The notes below the pieces were generated by a model. The model was not told the origin of the DNA. It saw only the letters and a list, made by a program, of their open reading frames with translations, and searched no databases. A stretch of 56,736 nt of DNA, the filler included, from Sphacelaria rigidula (taxonomy: Eukaryota), in the NCBI GenBank assembly GCA_964200075.2. It is 6 parts of 6 records of this genome, joined end to end, with 100 filler letters (N's around TTAATTAATTAA, not from the genome) between each part and the next. Parts side by side here need not be neighbours in the genome. Positions count along the whole stretch, not along the records: positions 47,365 to 56,736 come from CAXNAA020008650.1; 5 more parts are not named here. One strand, written 5' to 3'. This document shows positions 52,951 through 56,736 of the stretch, in pieces. The translations under genes and the position numbers were made by a program. The stretch's first letter is position 1; each line of letters starts with the position of its first letter.

Positions 52951-53317
52951 CCTGTGTTTTACCATGGTCAGTCAGAACGAGAGCATTTACAAGGCATTCG
53001 CACGCGAGGGGATTGAGTGGGTAGAAAGAGGTGTGCGCCGGTGGAGGAGGAAGACAAGAGGGGCCGGGCGAGATGGTGCCCGCCGTTCAGGATCGAATTG
53101 CGTGGGTACTGTTTGCCCCTGTAGGAGGGGCGAGCTCGCCAACACCAACGACAACGACAACACCGACGCTGGAGGAGGGCGCAAGTGTGTCACAACCACC
53201 CCCGGCTCGCGATTCGCTCGTGCGACAGCAAAAACAAGGAAGGGTGGTGATGGGGGGGGGAGGGGAGCAAGTAATTGACCCGGAGGACTGACTGCTTTGA
53301 CGTGATCGAGCCAGACA
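52541..53317. repeat. 777-bp spacer-less palindrome (inverted duplication of the transposase core)
   Basis: Centre 52925/52926 (cggga|tctcg), arms about 385 bp. About two dozen substitutions and one indel by manual count. Confidence 0.95.
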
Positions 53318-53841
53318 AGCAACTCGTGAGTCAGCGTCCTGATCGTCTGTCGGAGGGTGCACCAGCATTTTGCTGACATTGACCCGAAGGGCTTCGGAAA
53401 GTTGGTAGACGTGGTGCCTACCACTATTGAGGCAGGCGTTCGTGCAATTCCTTGAACCGATGCGTGGGTGAGATACTCGGTCCGGTCGTGAGAACGCTTG
53501 TTGACCTTCTCCTCGCGCTTGTTCCACAATCGCCCGAGACCACGCTTCTGGTGATCGACAAGGATCGTCGACGGTATCCACCCTCTCCCGGTGCTTCTTC
53601 TTGAATCCGCAATCTCCTGTGCAGCACTGAGGATGCCGAGGGAGTTTCAATATGTTTGCCTGTCGCGAGTGTAGAGACGGGGTATGGGAGATCGGACGGT
53701 TTGGCCAGCACGTGAAGCTTTGCCTTCAACAAAGTTTCGTCGAAAAATGAGGCTCGTATGGCCCAAGGGATTTTGTACGAAATTGTTTGAACATTGTGCA
53801 CGTCGAACAAGTCATGAGTTAACTCAGTTATATGGTATAAG

Positions 53842-54299
53842 ACCGTCTTGTATGGCAACCAATCCGTATTTGTACAAATATGAGGATTTCAGCCTGTCCA
53901 CAGTGGATTTTCTCCCGTGAATTGGTTATTCGGACCCCAGTCCTTTGGGCATTGTTTTTCGCCTAGCTCTGAAGAAACCAGATCAATTCTCCTATTTTCT
54001 GGACGCTCACTTTTGGTTTATCACATTTCTGCTCAGATCAGGAGACTCCCGCATCTCCCCTGATTTGGGCCCAAGATTCGGGGGAAAAGCGGGACTCTCC
54101 TGATCTGAGCAGAAATGTGATAAACCAAAAGTGAGCGTCCAGAAAATAGGAGAATTGATCTGGTTTCTTCAGAGCTAGGCGAAAAACAATGCCCAAAGGA
54201 CTGGGGTCCGAATAACCAATCCACGGGAGAAAATCCACTGTGGACAGGCTGAAATCCTCATATTTGTACAAATACGGATTGGTTGCCATACAATACGGT
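53842..54299. repeat. 458-bp near-perfect palindrome / foldback element
   Basis: Centre ttggg|cccaa at 54069/54070. One mismatch over about 200 bp of arm, with more mismatches in the inner 25 bp. Confidence 0.95.
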
Positions 54300-56088
54300 A
54301 TAACTCATCCGGTGGAAAAATTTACCGATGAGCTGTACAGTATAACTCAACCGGTGGGAAACGGCACAACTGAATTGTACCGTGTGACTCCGCGAGTGTA
54401 AAATGGTATTGCTGAGTTGTATCGTACAAGTCAGCCTGAGGAATAATACTAAGTGACTTGTCTCGAGTTAAGGTGAGTTGAGTAGTCCGACGTGTGGAAG
54501 AGTATCTTACGTCTTCTGTCTTATTCATGTATTTCGCACGTTTGATGAAAAGAGTGTAGCAGCCGAGGCCGGAAGGGATCCCTTGAAATATAGAGCAGAA
54601 GAATGCCAAAACAGCTGCTGCCTTTAAGTGGGGCAGATGCTCTGCAGACGGTGTGGCACACGCTACGGTGGTGCGGATGCACGCTGCACAACGAACGTAA
54701 AACTAACGTACAACTAACGTGCAACTACCGTACAGTAGGGTACAGTACAGTCACCATGATCCTATCTTGCCTCTCCGTTAACGCCAAGCGATCTACTTCG
54801 TCTTGCCTGCATTACCTGCTCGTGCTGTCGGCTCAAAATTCTACAACAAGTGCTCCATGTTCACAGCGGACGGATGCCCTACAGACAGCACGGCACATAT
54901 GGCAATATCGATAGCCACAGCACAACTCACGAGAAAATGTTGCGCCGGGGTTACTGACGCCAAAAATGTTCCGCAATATTACTGTCCCCAACGGAGGCCT
55001 AGCGCCCGAGGGGTCGCCACGTTTAGTGCAGACTGTACAACGCACCTGGTGGGAGCGTGGGACTCGTGCATGCGGATGCCGCCGACCCAGACACTGCTGT
55101 TTGCTCTGGAACTTGAAGGCTTACCGCCTCCATGGGCTTCCCGCGATGCCTTAGTTCCCAACTCAGGTGCCACACGAGCGCGAGCCCGCCTCAGCCCCCA
55201 TGCGAGAGGCGGATGGTTGTGAGGTGTAACGAGACGAACGAGCCTTTGGTCTTGTACACTTTAGCCTCAACAGCTGCTTGTGTCACTTCTCATCGTAGTA
55301 TATGGCAGCGACAGAGGTCCTTTCCCATCGCTCATATCTCGGCGAGCTTGGCGCCAAGACGCAGAGCGCACGCAGCGCGCGAGGAAGATCCAAGAAAAAC
55401 GACCGTAGCGGGCCGGCCCCTAAAAGCACAGAAAATCCCGCCGCGTTCTTGGAAATCTAATTGCGCCGCATTCTGTTCTTAGTTTCGCCTTGTACTTGAC
55501 CCAGTACAACTATCGGCACGCGACCTTTTCATTTTGTATGAACAGCACACAAGTACATTGAGAGCTGTCGGGGACACGCATGACGATTTCCCCTTCACAA
55601 AAGATATGTTTACTCGACGATATTTCGCCGCGGTCCTTGATATATGTTCGGTATAAGTACTACGGTATAAGTTTCAGGCTAAATCTCATATATATATATA
55701 TATATATACATCGTTTCCCAAACCTTATTCATAACCATGTTGCGACAATTTCATTTTTAGGTCACCCTCACCCCCTTGCGGCTACACACACCATGGCAAG
55801 TGTTCTCAAGCCGGTGCATCGACACTATTTCCCGAAAAAAAAGTACTATTAATAGCTGACACACCTCACCACCCATGAATTCACCCTGCCAAATAGATGT
55901 ATCTCGTCTAAACATATACCAAATGAGTATACAAGAAGCATACCGCAGAAAAAAAAAAAACGAACACTTGGTTTCTGCAGCATTACGATTTAACCCCATA
56001 CTATCTATCATCCTGCCGGCCTACACCATATATATATATATATATATATATCATGTAGCCGTGGTGTAACGCAACCAAAAAATGGTAC

Positions 56089-56247
56089 CTTGTTCTCCAA
56101 AAGGGTCAATAACGGCGCCCGAGCCTGATCGTGGTGATGGCTGTCTTGCCCCAGGCCCGCAAATGATCCTTGAAAAATTCCGAAGTGAGAGCTGCCGCCG
56201 AGTGCCTTTCCTCCACCACTGCCGGGCGCGTCTCCGACAAAGAGGGC
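56089..56247 (-). CDS. Probable exon of an unidentified gene
   Basis: AG/GT bounded, 53 open codons, phase 0: ALFVGDAPGSGGGKALGGSSHFGIFQGSFAG...PLLTLLENK. No family recognised. Confidence 0.5.
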
Positions 56248-56736
56248 CTTCAGCAAGGCTCGCGCATGAGAAAAGTGCATCGTTTTTCCTGCGGGAGAGG
56301 GAGGAAGGGGGAGGGGGGTTGGGTAGGGGGGTACCATACATATATCGCGCCGGGGGAGGGAATAGGAGTTCGATCGACGTGCGCGGATGCGTGAGGAGGT
56401 GCAAACTGAGGATATCAAAACATCGCGATTCTTTCCTTTCTGAGGCCGTTGCTTCTGTCTTCTTCTATTTCTTTCTTTCTTTATTCTTTTATTATTCTGT
56501 TTTTTTTTCTTCCTGCTCCTGATCATGGGCTGGATTGTTGCAATCAGCTAATGTGGGGTAGTCAATCAATCAATCAATCATCGCCCCGTATAGCGGAGAA
56601 ACAGCGCGGGAAAAGCGAAAAACAGCATCTGAGTGAAACATTGTGAATCGATAGATCGATTGATTGACTTTTTTCTATTTTTCAACAATATGTTTTTCAA
56701 CAACACAGGAGTCATCTTACGATAGGGGAGGGGGGG

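Noticed and set aside
53330-53660. Possible N-terminal part of the transposase
   Set aside because: Frameshifted and protein-like, but without motifs I can confidently assign.
54287-54433. CRISPR array
   Set aside because: Only 3-4 degenerate repeats, linkers similar to each other, no cas genes, and a eukaryotic intron context.

Overview
Eukaryotic, intron-rich genomic DNA, most likely a stramenopile such as a brown alga (inferred from exon/intron style and repeat content). The window is not one locus. It holds six contigs of 9372-9373 bp joined by 100-bp N spacers carrying a TTAATTAATTAA linker, so adjacency across gaps means nothing. Genes that could be spliced by hand are a complete 4-exon B-type cyclin (10640-18117, +), 5 internal exons of an IQ-motif repeat protein (-), the last 4 exons of a divergent derlin (-), 4 N-terminal exons of cytosolic PheRS alpha (-), and 2 exons of an unknown gene (-). 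Introns are full of MITEs (PIF/Harbinger-, hAT- and piggyBac-like), decayed non-LTR RT fragments and a very short C-tailed retroposon-like repeat. The most interesting structure lies in the putative intron at 49908-56088. There, a decayed IS630/Tc1-related DDE transposase gene has its catalytic-core segment duplicated as a 777-bp spacer-less palindrome, next to a second near-perfect 458-bp palindrome. This is a candidate Mu-killer-like hairpin siRNA locus. No CRISPR array, rRNA or tRNA was found.
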